The position numbers and the translations under genes are program-made. The notes beneath the pieces were generated by a model. That model searched no databases. It was not told the DNA's origin and was given only the letters and a program-made list of their open reading frames with translations. A DNA stretch of 64,000 nt from Pseudomonadota bacterium (lineage in GTDB: Bacteria; Myxococcota; JACRCW01; JAFGSX01), in assembly GCA_043821645.1 (NCBI GenBank), contig JBDRCO010000087.1, forward strand, positions 64,001-128,000, given 5' to 3'. Of the stretch, positions 8,004 through 17,387 are shown one piece after another (position 1 is the first letter of the stretch; each line of letters opens with the position of its first letter).

Positions 8004-9578
8004 GTGAGCGACACCGCACAGGACCAGGACGTTCGTCAGGGCCAGCTCGAGCGCCTGCGCAGCACCCATGCCCAGGCCGAGGCGGGGGGTGGCCAGGACC
8101 GCATCCGTAAACAGCACGAGGTCGGCAAGCTGACCGCGCGGGAGCGCATCGACCTCCTGCTTGACGCCAAGAGCTTCGTCGAGCTCGACAAGTTCAAGAC
8201 CCATCGCTGCACCGACTTCGGCATGCAGGACAAGAAGATCTTTGGCGACGGAGTCGTCACCGGGCACGGCCTGGTCGACGGACGGCGCGTGTTCGTCTTC
8301 GCCCAGGACTTCACCGTCTTTGGTGGCTCGCTGTCCGGCGCCTTTGCCGAGAAGATCTGCAAGGTGATGGACCTGGCCATGAAGGTTGGCGCCCCGGTCA
8401 TCGGCCTCAACGACTCGGGCGGTGCGCGCATCCAGGAGGGCGTGGTCAGCCTCGGAGGGTACGCCGACATCTTCCTGCGCAACACCCGGGCTTCGGGCGT
8501 GGTGCCGCAAATCTCGGGTGTGTTCGGACCCTGTGCCGGAGGCGCGGTGTACAGCCCCGCCATCACCGACTTCATCGTGATGGTCAAGGACACCAGCTAC
8601 ATGTTCATCACCGGTCCCGACGTCATCAAGACCGTGACCCACGAGGAAGTGAGCAAGGAAGCGCTGGGTGGCGCCATGACCCACAACACCAAGAGCGGTG
8701 TCGCCCACTTTGCTGCGGAGGGCGAGGCCCAGGCCATCAAAGTGATCCGCGAGCTGCTGAGCTACTTGCCCCTGAACAACAGCGAGGACCCGCCGCGCAT
8801 CCCCTGCAGCGACCCCGTGGACAGGCGCGACGACAGTCTCAAGACCGCGGTGCCCACCAACCCCAACAAGCCCTACGACATCCGCACCGTGGTCAAGGCC
8901 GCGCTCGACGAGCACCTGTTCTTCGAGGTGCACGAGCACTTCGCCAAGAACATCGTGGTCGGCTTCGGCCGCCTGCAGGGCCGCAGCGTCGGCGTGGTGG
9001 CCAACAACCCGGGCTTCCTGGCCGGCTGCCTGGACATCGATGCCAGCGTCAAGGGTGCGCGCTTCGTCCGTTTCTGCGACGCCTTCAACATCCCTCTCAT
9101 CACTTTCGTCGACGTTCCCGGCTTCTTGCCCGGCACAGATCAGGAGTATGGCGGCATCATCAAGCATGGCGCCAAGCTGCTGTACGCCTTCGCCGAGGCC
9201 ACGGTGCCCAAGATCACGGTGATCACGCGCAAGGCCTACGGTGGGGCCTATGACGTCATGGCCTCGAAGCACATCCTGGCCGACGTCAATCTGGCCTTCC
9301 CCACGTCCGAGATCGCAGTCATGGGCCCGGACGGCGCGGTCAACATCGTGTTCCGCCGGGAGCTGGATGGCGCCGCCGATGCGGTGGCCGAGAAGGCGCG
9401 ACTGGTCCAGGACTATCGCGAGACCTTTGCCAATCCTTACAAGGCGGCCGAGCTGGGCTACATCGACGCGGTCATCGAACCACAGGACCTGCGTCCATCG
9501 CTGTGCGCGGCCCTCGACATGCTGGCCAACAAGCGCGAGGACCTGCCGCCCAAGAAGCACGGCAACATTCCCCTGTGA
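8004..9578 (+). CDS. pccB: Acyl-CoA (propionyl-CoA) carboxylase, carboxyltransferase beta subunit
   Basis: [64 protein letters not shown]. Confidence 0.95.
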   Translation: MSDTAQDQDVRQGQLERLRSTHAQAEAGGGQDRIRKQHEVGKLTARERIDLLLDAKSFVELDKFKTHRCTDFGMQDKKIFGDGVVTGHGLVDGRRVFVFAQDFTVFGGSLSGAFAEKICKVMDLAMKVGAPVIGLNDSGGARIQEGVVSLGGYADIFLRNTRASGVVPQISGVFGPCAGGAVYSPAITDFIVMVKDTSYMFITGPDVIKTVTHEEVSKEALGGAMTHNTKSGVAHFAAEGEAQAIKVIRELLSYLPLNNSEDPPRIPCSDPVDRRDDSLKTAVPTNPNKPYDIRTVVKAALDEHLFFEVHEHFAKNIVVGFGRLQGRSVGVVANNPGFLAGCLDIDASVKGARFVRFCDAFNIPLITFVDVPGFLPGTDQEYGGIIKHGAKLLYAFAEATVPKITVITRKAYGGAYDVMASKHILADVNLAFPTSEIAVMGPDGAVNIVFRRELDGAADAVAEKARLVQDYRETFANPYKAAELGYIDAVIEPQDLRPSLCAALDMLANKREDLPPKKHGNIPL

Positions 9579-9626
9579 GCGACGCCGCCCAGCGCGATCG
9601 GTGCCGTCGTCCTCGCGCTGTCGCGA

Positions 9627-10148
9627 TCAGCTGACCCCGGCGCTCAGCACCACGTCCGGAAACAGCTCGCGGTGATCCCTGGTCTCGCGGCTGGCATCCA
9701 TGGTGGCCACCACCACCTCGTAGGGGATGTCGGGCTCGGCGGCGATGATCAGACGCGTCTCTTCGGGAAAGGCGTCCTTGATCGTGGCCAGGCGCTGGCC
9801 CAGGGCTGCCCAGTCGTAGTCGCCGCTCGCCGTCCGCGGCACCGTGGGCTGACGTGGCGAGGGACTGCCCTGTTCCGGTCCCAGCGTGGCGCCGGAACTG
9901 GCGAGGGTGAAGCCTCCATCGCTGATGAGCACGGTCAGGCGAAGCTCGGGCGGGGTGGGCTGCGCTGGGCGCGCCTCGCGATCAGGCCCGAGCTGCGGAG
10001 CCGAGACATTGATCACCGTGATCTCGACGAAGGCCGCGGTGATCAGGATGGCCGGGATGAGCATGAGCACCAGGTTCATGATGGGGATGAGGTTCAGCTC
10101 GCTGTCGGGCTCGGCAGCACGGTGCCGACGCTGGGACGGTCTGGCCAT
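9627..10148 (-). CDS. ExbD/TolR-family biopolymer transport protein
   Basis: ELNLIPIMNLVLMLIP TM segment, periplasmic IIAAEPDIPYEVVVATMDA; RBS AAGGAG. Confidence 0.85.
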   Translation of the reverse strand: MARPSQRRHRAAEPDSELNLIPIMNLVLMLIPAILITAAFVEITVINVSAPQLGPDREARPAQPTPPELRLTVLISDGGFTLASSGATLGPEQGSPSPRQPTVPRTASGDYDWAALGQRLATIKDAFPEETRLIIAAEPDIPYEVVVATMDASRETRDHRELFPDVVLSAGVS

Positions 10149-10307
10149 GGCAGTCTCCTTGGCAAGCGGTCTACAACATGGACAGACGAGCAGGCCCTCG
10201 GGTTCCCGGGCCGCTCGATCTCCCGCCAGGGCGACGCGGTCATTGAGCAGTGGTGGCCGTGGCTTTCATTCTTTGATAAGCGCTGACGTCGCCATCAGGA
10301 GGTCGCC

Positions 10308-10634
10308 GTGCTGCCCGGCCCCATCGACTGGGAGAACCCACCCTCGACGCGCGTTCGCGCGCGCAACTCGGGCCCGCGCCTGGGTGTGGACGCAGTGGTG
10401 TTCGTGGCCTGCAGCACCATCCTGTGGATCCTGGTGGGAGCGCTGGTCGGCACCGATGGGATCAGCGCCAGCGGTGTGCGTCGCTACCTGGTCGAGGGCC
10501 TGGGGGGCTCGACCTTCTTGCTATGGGGCGTCACCGCCGTGGTGGCCCTGGCAGCTCTGTATGCTCTCATCGATGCCCTGCGCGCCCTGGCCGAGCAGGG
10601 GCGTGCGCAGTCCCGGACAGGAGGCCATTCGTGA
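10308..10634 (+). CDS. Small two-TM hypothetical membrane protein
   Basis: RBS AGGAGG before GTG; two hydrophobic helices; stop overlaps the next start (GTGA). Confidence 0.65.
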   Translation: MLPGPIDWENPPSTRVRARNSGPRLGVDAVVFVACSTILWILVGALVGTDGISASGVRRYLVEGLGGSTFLLWGVTAVVALAALYALIDALRALAEQGRAQSRTGGHS

Positions 10635-12154
10635 AGCAGCCCCAACCCCCCTTTCGCAAGGTGCTCATCGCCAACCGCGGCGAGATCGCGGTGCGGGTCA
10701 TGCGCAGCTGTCGTGAGCGCGGCGTCAAGACCGTGGCCGTTTACAGCGACGCCGACCGCGCGGCCCTGCACGTGCGCTTTGCCGACGAGGCCTATCACAT
10801 CGGTCCATCGCCCAGCCGTGACAGCTACCTGGTGGCCGAGCGCATCCTCGACGTGGCCAAGAAAAGCGGTGCCCAGGCGATACACCCGGGCTACGGTTTT
10901 CTGTCCGAGAATGCGGGCTTTGCCCAGGCTGTTGCTGACGCCGGGCTGGTGTTCATCGGCCCCCCCCCGGCCGCCATCGAGGCCATTGGCCACAAGACCC
11001 GGGCGCGGGAGCTGATGGACAAGGCCAACGTGCCCGTGGTGCCGGGCACCACCAGCCCCATTGCCGACGTGGCAGAAGCTCTGAAGATCGCCCGGGACAT
11101 AGGCTTCCCGGTGATGCTCAAGGCAGCAGCAGGTGGCGGCGGCAAGGGCATGCGCCGCATTGACAAGGAAGAGAAGTTCAACAAGGCCTTCGAGGCGGCC
11201 AGCCGTGAGGCCGTCAGCTCCTTTGGCGACGGAGCGGTCTACCTCGAGAAGTTCCTCGAGAAGCCGCGCCACGTCGAGATCCAGATCTTTGCCGATGGCC
11301 ACGGCAACGCGGTGCACCTGTTCGAGCGCGAGTGCTCGGTGCAGCGTCGGCACCAGAAGATCATCGAGGAGTCGCCCTCGTGCGTGGTCGACCCGGAGAT
11401 GCGCCGGCGCATGGGTGAGGTGGCGGTGCAGGCGGCCCGGGCCGTGGGCTACGTCAACGCAGGGACGGTCGAGTTCCTGGTCGACGCGCACCGACACTTC
11501 TACTTTCTCGAGATGAACACCCGGCTGCAAGTCGAGCATCCGGTGACCGAGTGGATCACCGGCCTCGACCTGGTCAGCCTGCAGCTCGACGTGGCAGCGG
11601 GACTGCCCCTGCCCCTGGAACAGATCCCGACCGCGCCGCGGGGACACGCCATCGAGGCCCGCATCTACGCCGAGGACCCCTATCGCCAGTTCTTGCCGCA
11701 GCCGGGTCGTATCGACCACCTGCGGGTGCCCACGGGCCCCTTCGTTCGCGACGACAGCGGTGTGTACCCGGGCAGCGAGGTCACGCCTTTCTACGACCCC
11801 ATGATCGCCAAGCTCAGCGTGTGGGGCACCACCCGCGACCAGGCCATCGCGCGCCTGGACAGGGCTCTCGAGGAATACACGGTCAAGGGTCTGACCACCA
11901 ACATCGCCTTCTTGCGCCAGGTGCTGGCCAATGAGGTTTTTCGCAGCGGCGAGTACGACACCGGCCTCATCGAACAGCACATGGACCTGATCCGCCCTTC
12001 TGTCGACGAGGCGAAACGCGACGTGGCCCTGCTGGCCGCGGCACTGTTCGCGCACAACGAGGCCGCGCGCGTGGCGTTGCCGCAGGCGGCGCAGAGCAGC
12101 GGTCGCAGCACCTGGCGCCGCGTGACCGCCATGCACCGCAACACGAGATGGTGA
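10631..12154 (+). CDS. accC: Biotin carboxylase subunit of acyl-CoA carboxylase
   Basis: KVLIANRGEIA, IHPGYGFLSEN, KAAAGGGGKGMR, RECSVQRRHQK, EMNTRLQVEHPVTE, YDPMIAKL. Confidence 0.93.
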   Translation: MKQPQPPFRKVLIANRGEIAVRVMRSCRERGVKTVAVYSDADRAALHVRFADEAYHIGPSPSRDSYLVAERILDVAKKSGAQAIHPGYGFLSENAGFAQAVADAGLVFIGPPPAAIEAIGHKTRARELMDKANVPVVPGTTSPIADVAEALKIARDIGFPVMLKAAAGGGGKGMRRIDKEEKFNKAFEAASREAVSSFGDGAVYLEKFLEKPRHVEIQIFADGHGNAVHLFERECSVQRRHQKIIEESPSCVVDPEMRRRMGEVAVQAARAVGYVNAGTVEFLVDAHRHFYFLEMNTRLQVEHPVTEWITGLDLVSLQLDVAAGLPLPLEQIPTAPRGHAIEARIYAEDPYRQFLPQPGRIDHLRVPTGPFVRDDSGVYPGSEVTPFYDPMIAKLSVWGTTRDQAIARLDRALEEYTVKGLTTNIAFLRQVLANEVFRSGEYDTGLIEQHMDLIRPSVDEAKRDVALLAAALFAHNEAARVALPQAAQSSGRSTWRRVTAMHRNTRW

Positions 12155-12158
12155 ACAC

Positions 12159-12698
12159 ATGACAGCGACGACCTACTACGTCTCCGCTCTGGGCGAGGAG
12201 CACGCCATCGCCCTCACGCCCCAGGATGACGGCAGCTACGTGATGACCCTGGATGGCCGCGAGCGCCGCATCGATGCCCGCGCCGTGTCCGGCGATCTGC
12301 TGTCCATGCTCATCGACGGCGTCAGCTACGACGTGGACCTCGAGCGAGGCAAGCCAAGAGGCGCCGATGATCTCGCCACCCACGTCAACGTGCGCGTGCA
12401 CGGCGCGGTGGTGGCGGCCGAGGTGCTCGACGCCCGTCGCCATGGCCTGCGCGAGCTGGCCGGACAGAGCCAGAGCAAGGGTGGTCGGCAGGAGGTGTGC
12501 GCGCCCATGCCGGGCAAGGTGGTCAAGATCCTCGTCGACAAGGGTGCGACAGTGAAGGCCGGCCAGGGGCTCATCGTGGTCGAGGCCATGAAGATGGAAA
12601 ACGAGATCCTGAGCTCTGGCGACGGCACGGTCATCGAGGTGCGCGCGCAGGCCGGCGTGGCCGTGGAGAGTGGCGCGGTGCTGGTGGTCGTGGAGTAA
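12159..12698 (+). CDS. Biotin carboxyl carrier protein with N-terminal BT-like domain
   Basis: APMPGKV and biotinylation motif EAMKMEN. Confidence 0.92.
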   Translation: MTATTYYVSALGEEHAIALTPQDDGSYVMTLDGRERRIDARAVSGDLLSMLIDGVSYDVDLERGKPRGADDLATHVNVRVHGAVVAAEVLDARRHGLRELAGQSQSKGGRQEVCAPMPGKVVKILVDKGATVKAGQGLIVVEAMKMENEILSSGDGTVIEVRAQAGVAVESGAVLVVVE

Positions 12699-12705
12699 CG
12701 CGCGC

Positions 12706-15700
12706 TCAGGTTCCCCCACCGAGGCAGGCGAGGTCCCAGCGTCCGGGATCCTCGACGACGGCGCCACCACCATCCTGTATCCAGACGAACACGCTGCGAG
12801 GTCCGGGGGTGGTGTCGCCGAACACGTGGCTGGTCGATCTCGAGGCGGACCACCCGGGATCGAGTGTGGTCGGTGGGGGCCATGCCGTCTCGTTGACCAG
12901 CCAGCTTGCGGCCCCCTCGTCCCAGTCCACGGCCAGGTCCACGGTGTCGCCCGAGAATTCCAGCTCGCTGCCCGTGCTCGGGTCTGCGGCAAAGACCCGC
13001 GGGCCGCCGTGGTGCCGGAACTCGAACACCCCGTCGGTCTCGACCCAGGGATCGCCATGCTGGGTGTAGCCGCCCACCAGCACCACGCTGCGTCGCACCG
13101 GATCGCGGATCAGGCCGAACATGCCCCGGTCGGCCAGGTTGGCGGCGTCGGAGCGCAGGCGCTGGCCCGTGTCCAGGTCGAGCAGAAAGGTGCGCTGGGT
13201 CTGACCAGCGGTCGGCCCGATGTAGCTTCCGTACTGGACGATGTGGCCGCTGGCGTCATCGCGGGCAGCGGACACATCCTGGAAGTCGCTCACCCCGGTC
13301 ACGGCGACGTGCGGGCTGGTGGTGACCGCCGCGGCATCGAAGTCGAACAGGGCGCTTCTCGTCGAGAACAGAGGGCCGGTGGCGCCCAGGGCCGGTAACA
13401 GGCTCCCCCTGCCCTGGGTGTAGCCCGTGAAGGCCGAGACCTGCGTCCAGGTGGCGGTGGCCAGGTCGAAGGCCATGGGATCGTGCACGCTGTCCGCGGT
13501 CCAGATGTAGTAACGGCCCACGATCCATCGATCTCCCGCGGCGTCGTGCAGGCTGGGTGCGAAGGTCCGCTTGGGTGCGGATCCCGTCGTGGTCACCCGG
13601 GTCCAGTCCAGGGTGGCCAGGTCCAGGGCCCAGGTGTCCTGCGGGTACTGCTGGGTCCCCGGGTTGTAGAACCCTCCCGTGACGACGAGCCTGTCCCGGG
13701 CCTCGTCGTAAAGGGCCATGGCGCCGCCGCGGCCGTGGGGCACGGTGTCGGTGGCCGCCGGCAGCAGCATCCAGGTGTTGGCGACGGAGTCGTAGGCGTG
13801 CACACCGCTTTGGTAGTTGCTGCTGTAAAAGCCGCCATACAGGAGCAGCTGACCACGGCTGCTGTCGTAGGCCAGGGCCGAGCTGTAGCCGACCCGCGTG
13901 GGGAGCTTGGCCAGGGCATGCCAGCGCGCCGCCGTGCGCTGGAAGAAGAAGTGCGTCTGCACCCAGTCCGAGGTGTTGGGCGGCGTCCAGGCGTCCTGGC
14001 CTCGGATGCAGACGGTGTACAGGCGACCCGGCGTCAGGACGTCCGGATCAAAAAGGGAACTGTCGCCGGTCAGGCCATCCACGCTGAAGAGATCACCTGT
14101 GCAGTCGCCGTCGGCGGACGAGATGCGAAGATCGACCGTCACGGGCAGGGACAGATCGTTGGCGGTCCAGGTGACCTGTGGCAACGCTGCCGAGACCACC
14201 GCGTCTTTGGTGGCGATGCCGAAGCCCATTCCGGGTGGTGACACATCGCGGTAGAACACGGTGGCCTGTCCGGCCTGGGACAGCTGACCGGCGGCATCCA
14301 TCACCCAGGTGTACAGCGTCACGTCGCCGGGAGGCACCTGCAGGAAGATGTTCTGCACGGGAGCCAGGGTCGGGGGGAATACCTGTGGATCGGGCGGCGC
14401 GGGGTTGGTGCTGACGAAAAAGCCCTCGATTCCCTCGAGGGGTGCCTCGAGGGCCACGCTGACCTGACCGGTCTCGCTCAGCCCCGGCTGCAGTTGGCCG
14501 AGAGCGTCGACACCGTAGACCGTGACCTCGGGCGCTGGGGGTGGATCAGGCAGGTACCAGATCGATGCCACGCCGGGCACGGGGCCCACGCCGCCATTGG
14601 CGTAGCGCAACCACAGGCTCCGTCGCTTGAGTCCGGCGGCACCCTGGAGAGTGGTCGAGGTGGGCGGCGTCGGTGACCAGCGCGAGTCTGTTGGTTCCGG
14701 CCGGAGCTCGTCGTTGCTCAACAGCCAGGCCGTGGCTTCCGCGTCGCCGGACACCCTGACCATCACCTCGAGAACGGGGGTGCCGTCCGCCGAGCCGCTC
14801 GTGGCATCGAGGAGCGTCAGCACCGGCCAGGCGTCGGGCTCGAGGACCAGGCCGGCGGTGCCTCCCTCGACGTCATCGCCGGCGGCGGTCCAGTAGGCGG
14901 CGCGCGGGGCCTGCCACAGGCCGGTGCGCGCGTACGGAGTGTGGAAGGATGTTCTGCTGGACGGTTGCCAGGCATCCCATTGCACGTTGAGGGGGTTCCA
15001 GGTCCGGAACTCGCCCATGTGGCCACCGATGAGAAGCGGGACATCGAGGGCCGGGAACGCGTGAATCACGCTGTTCCCTGGCGTGCTGGCACCGGTGGCG
15101 ACCCAGCGCTCCTGGGCGGCGTCGTAAAGTGCCGTCGAAGGCACCCATTTGTCGTCGAGGCCCAGATGCAGGTAGCTGCTCGACCCGGTGATGCGATGCA
15201 GGACCTCCGTGATGCCGATGGCCGCGAGCGTGCTGTCCACACCGAGTCCGTGCAGCAGCGCAGGCGAAACCGATCGCTCCAGCGCCAGCATCCGGGTCTC
15301 CCGGGGCTGCAGCGTCGAGCGCGCCACCAGCACGCGATCGGCCTCCGGGTCCGAAGCCAGTGTCGAGCCGCTGCTTCCGTCGTTCGTCGCACCGCCATCG
15401 GTGGGCTGCCCAGCGTCGAAACCTGTGCTCTGCGTCGGGAGCGGGTTCCAGGTCCGATTGCCGGGGTCCACGATGGCGAGGTAACGGACCTCAGTCCCCT
15501 CGCCAGTCACGCCGCCGGAGCCTGATATGAGAGCCGCGACCACGTCGCCATGCACGGGATCGACGGCCAGATCCTCGACGGAGGCCTGCTGGATACTCGC
15601 CTCGGACCCCGTAGTGCGACGCAGGCTCCAGCGCTCGCTGTGGAGGTCGAAGATCCAGTGGTAGCCCAGGTCATGGCGACCCCAGCTGTCCGCGCCGTAG

Positions 15701-16953
15701 GGGATCACCAGCGCGGCCGCGACGGTGTCACCGAACAGGGCAAAGCGTGAGGAATAGCCCACCGCAGGACTCGGGCGACCCACGCGCAGGCGCTGGCGCA
15801 GCCCGCGCACCGGCAGGCGCGAGGGTGTGCTCCAGTCCGAGGTCGGGTGCACGCCGTCGCTGGCGCGCACACACCAGAACACCGTGTTGCCCAGGCCCAG
15901 GCCCGCGTCGATGCCCACCTGTGTCCAGGTCTCGCCGAGGCTGTTCACCAGGAGCACGTCGCCGCTGCAATCGGGACCCGAGGACAGGGCGAGCTCGAAG
16001 TTCGCGGGCGCCGAGCCCGAGCCTGCCCAGCTCCAGCGCAGGGTGGGTGTGGTCGTGCTCACGGGCCAGCTGTCCGGGGGATCCAGCGGTGTCGGGGCAT
16101 CGAGCGGTGCCAGCGTGCACACACCGGGGTCTGCCTCGACATGATCCGGACAGCACCCGCTGGCCACACACAGGCCGCAGCCGTCGTCATGAAAACTCTG
16201 GGCGCAGGTTCCGACTGGAACGCAGGTATCGCCCCCGCCGTCGTGGAAGCCGGCGATGCAGGCTCCGTCGGGCAGACAGGATCCATCGCCGCCGTCGTGG
16301 TAGCCGGCGACGCAGGTGCCCTCGGGCATGCAGGCTCCGTCGCCGCCGTCGTGGTAGCTCGCGATGCAGGTTCCGTCGGGCAGGCAGGAGTTGTCGCCAC
16401 CGTCATGGTAGCCGGCGATGCAGGTTCCGTCGGGCAGGCAGGCGCCATCGCCGCCGTCGTGGTATCCGCTGAGGCAGGTTCCATCAGGGAGGCAGCTGCC
16501 GTCACCACCGTCGTGGAAGCCCAGGGCGCACGTGCCGACGGGAACACAGGTCCCGTCGCCGCCATCGTGGTGTGTGACCGGACAGCCCGCGTCCTCGACG
16601 GTGGCGTCGTTCGCATCGTCTCTCGCGCCGTCGCGGAGGTCCTCGGAAGCGGCGTCCAGGGCGATGACCGCGTCCGCTGCCGCGGCATCTGCTCCATCGA
16701 AGGGACCCGTGTCCATCACCTGGCCCGTGTCGTCCAGGCTCTCCAGATCGAGCGGGGTCGTTCGATCGGTGGTTGTCCGGTCCCCGATCGCGGCATCCAG
16801 GGTCACCGTCGATGCGTCGAGATGAGGCTGCGTGACCGCGGCGTCCGGCACCTCGGGCACGGGTCTGTGCTGGAAACCGCTGCGTGTGCAGGAGGAGGTG
16901 AGGATGGCAGGAATGGTGAGCCACACCAGGTGGCATGAAATCCTACAGCGCAT
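12706..16953 (-). CDS. Large surface lipoprotein: Asp/Ala stalk, Cys-rich tandem repeats, FN3-like modules, Kelch-like beta-propeller
   Basis: Lipobox-like AILTSSC; HDGGDG repeats; TPTLRW...WCVRASDG...SDWS; Kelch-like LLLYGGF, LVVTGGF, VVLVGGY. Confidence 0.8.
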   Translation of the reverse strand: MRCRISCHLVWLTIPAILTSSCTRSGFQHRPVPEVPDAAVTQPHLDASTVTLDAAIGDRTTTDRTTPLDLESLDDTGQVMDTGPFDGADAAAADAVIALDAASEDLRDGARDDANDATVEDAGCPVTHHDGGDGTCVPVGTCALGFHDGGDGSCLPDGTCLSGYHDGGDGACLPDGTCIAGYHDGGDNSCLPDGTCIASYHDGGDGACMPEGTCVAGYHDGGDGSCLPDGACIAGFHDGGGDTCVPVGTCAQSFHDDGCGLCVASGCCPDHVEADPGVCTLAPLDAPTPLDPPDSWPVSTTTPTLRWSWAGSGSAPANFELALSSGPDCSGDVLLVNSLGETWTQVGIDAGLGLGNTVFWCVRASDGVHPTSDWSTPSRLPVRGLRQRLRVGRPSPAVGYSSRFALFGDTVAAALVIPYGADSWGRHDLGYHWIFDLHSERWSLRRTTGSEASIQQASVEDLAVDPVHGDVVAALISGSGGVTGEGTEVRYLAIVDPGNRTWNPLPTQSTGFDAGQPTDGGATNDGSSGSTLASDPEADRVLVARSTLQPRETRMLALERSVSPALLHGLGVDSTLAAIGITEVLHRITGSSSYLHLGLDDKWVPSTALYDAAQERWVATGASTPGNSVIHAFPALDVPLLIGGHMGEFRTWNPLNVQWDAWQPSSRTSFHTPYARTGLWQAPRAAYWTAAGDDVEGGTAGLVLEPDAWPVLTLLDATSGSADGTPVLEVMVRVSGDAEATAWLLSNDELRPEPTDSRWSPTPPTSTTLQGAAGLKRRSLWLRYANGGVGPVPGVASIWYLPDPPPAPEVTVYGVDALGQLQPGLSETGQVSVALEAPLEGIEGFFVSTNPAPPDPQVFPPTLAPVQNIFLQVPPGDVTLYTWVMDAAGQLSQAGQATVFYRDVSPPGMGFGIATKDAVVSAALPQVTWTANDLSLPVTVDLRISSADGDCTGDLFSVDGLTGDSSLFDPDVLTPGRLYTVCIRGQDAWTPPNTSDWVQTHFFFQRTAARWHALAKLPTRVGYSSALAYDSSRGQLLLYGGFYSSNYQSGVHAYDSVANTWMLLPAATDTVPHGRGGAMALYDEARDRLVVTGGFYNPGTQQYPQDTWALDLATLDWTRVTTTGSAPKRTFAPSLHDAAGDRWIVGRYYIWTADSVHDPMAFDLATATWTQVSAFTGYTQGRGSLLPALGATGPLFSTRSALFDFDAAAVTTSPHVAVTGVSDFQDVSAARDDASGHIVQYGSYIGPTAGQTQRTFLLDLDTGQRLRSDAANLADRGMFGLIRDPVRRSVVLVGGYTQHGDPWVETDGVFEFRHHGGPRVFAADPSTGSELEFSGDTVDLAVDWDEGAASWLVNETAWPPPTTLDPGWSASRSTSHVFGDTTPGPRSVFVWIQDGGGAVVEDPGRWDLACLGGGT
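16153..16584 (-). repeat. Intragenic tandem repeat, about 8 x 54 bp
   Basis: 18-aa unit C-x-x-G-(Y/F)-HDGGDG-x-C-(L/V/M)-P-x-G-T repeated 8 times, last copy degenerate. Confidence 0.9.
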
Positions 16954-17089
16954 CTACACTCCGTCGAGACATTCATGTTACCACAGAGAAGGTCCAGGAA
17001 CCCGTGGCCGGGCAGCGTTTGTCGCTCGCGAACCGGCTTGTTTTTTTTCAAAGGCGGACAGCCCGGAGGCTGTCCTGGGAGGGCTGGGC

Positions 17090-17362
17090 ATGACGATACA
17101 GGTGGTGAAAAAGGCCGGCGACAAGCTTCTGGCGGATCGGGATGTGCGTGCGTGGCCCATCTGGACCAAGGAGGTCAGCACCTTTCCCTGGACCTACGAC
17201 GAGGCCGAGACCTGCTACTTTCTCGAGGGCGAGGTGATCGTCACCCCCGACGGGGAAGAGCCTGTGGCCATGGGCCAGGGCGACCTGGTGACTTTTCCCG
17301 CGGGCATGCGCTGCACCTGGGAGATCCGGAAGGCGGTGCGCAAGCACTACTGCTTCGGCTGA
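17090..17362 (+). CDS. Small cupin (DUF861/EutQ-like) protein
   Basis: WPIWTKEVSTFPWTYDEAETCYFLEGEV...GDLVTFPAGMRCTW; RBS GGGAGG. Confidence 0.88.
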   Translation: MTIQVVKKAGDKLLADRDVRAWPIWTKEVSTFPWTYDEAETCYFLEGEVIVTPDGEEPVAMGQGDLVTFPAGMRCTWEIRKAVRKHYCFG

Positions 17363-17387
17363 GCTTCAGCCCCGCGAGGGGCGCGGA

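Noticed and set aside
10960-10968. C9 homopolymer in biotin carboxylase
   Set aside because: In frame (G-P-P-P), matches the conserved FIGP motif; no evidence of phase variation
16153-16584. Tandem repeat as a CRISPR-like array
   Set aside because: Contiguous in-frame 54-bp coding repeats with synonymous variation and no spacers
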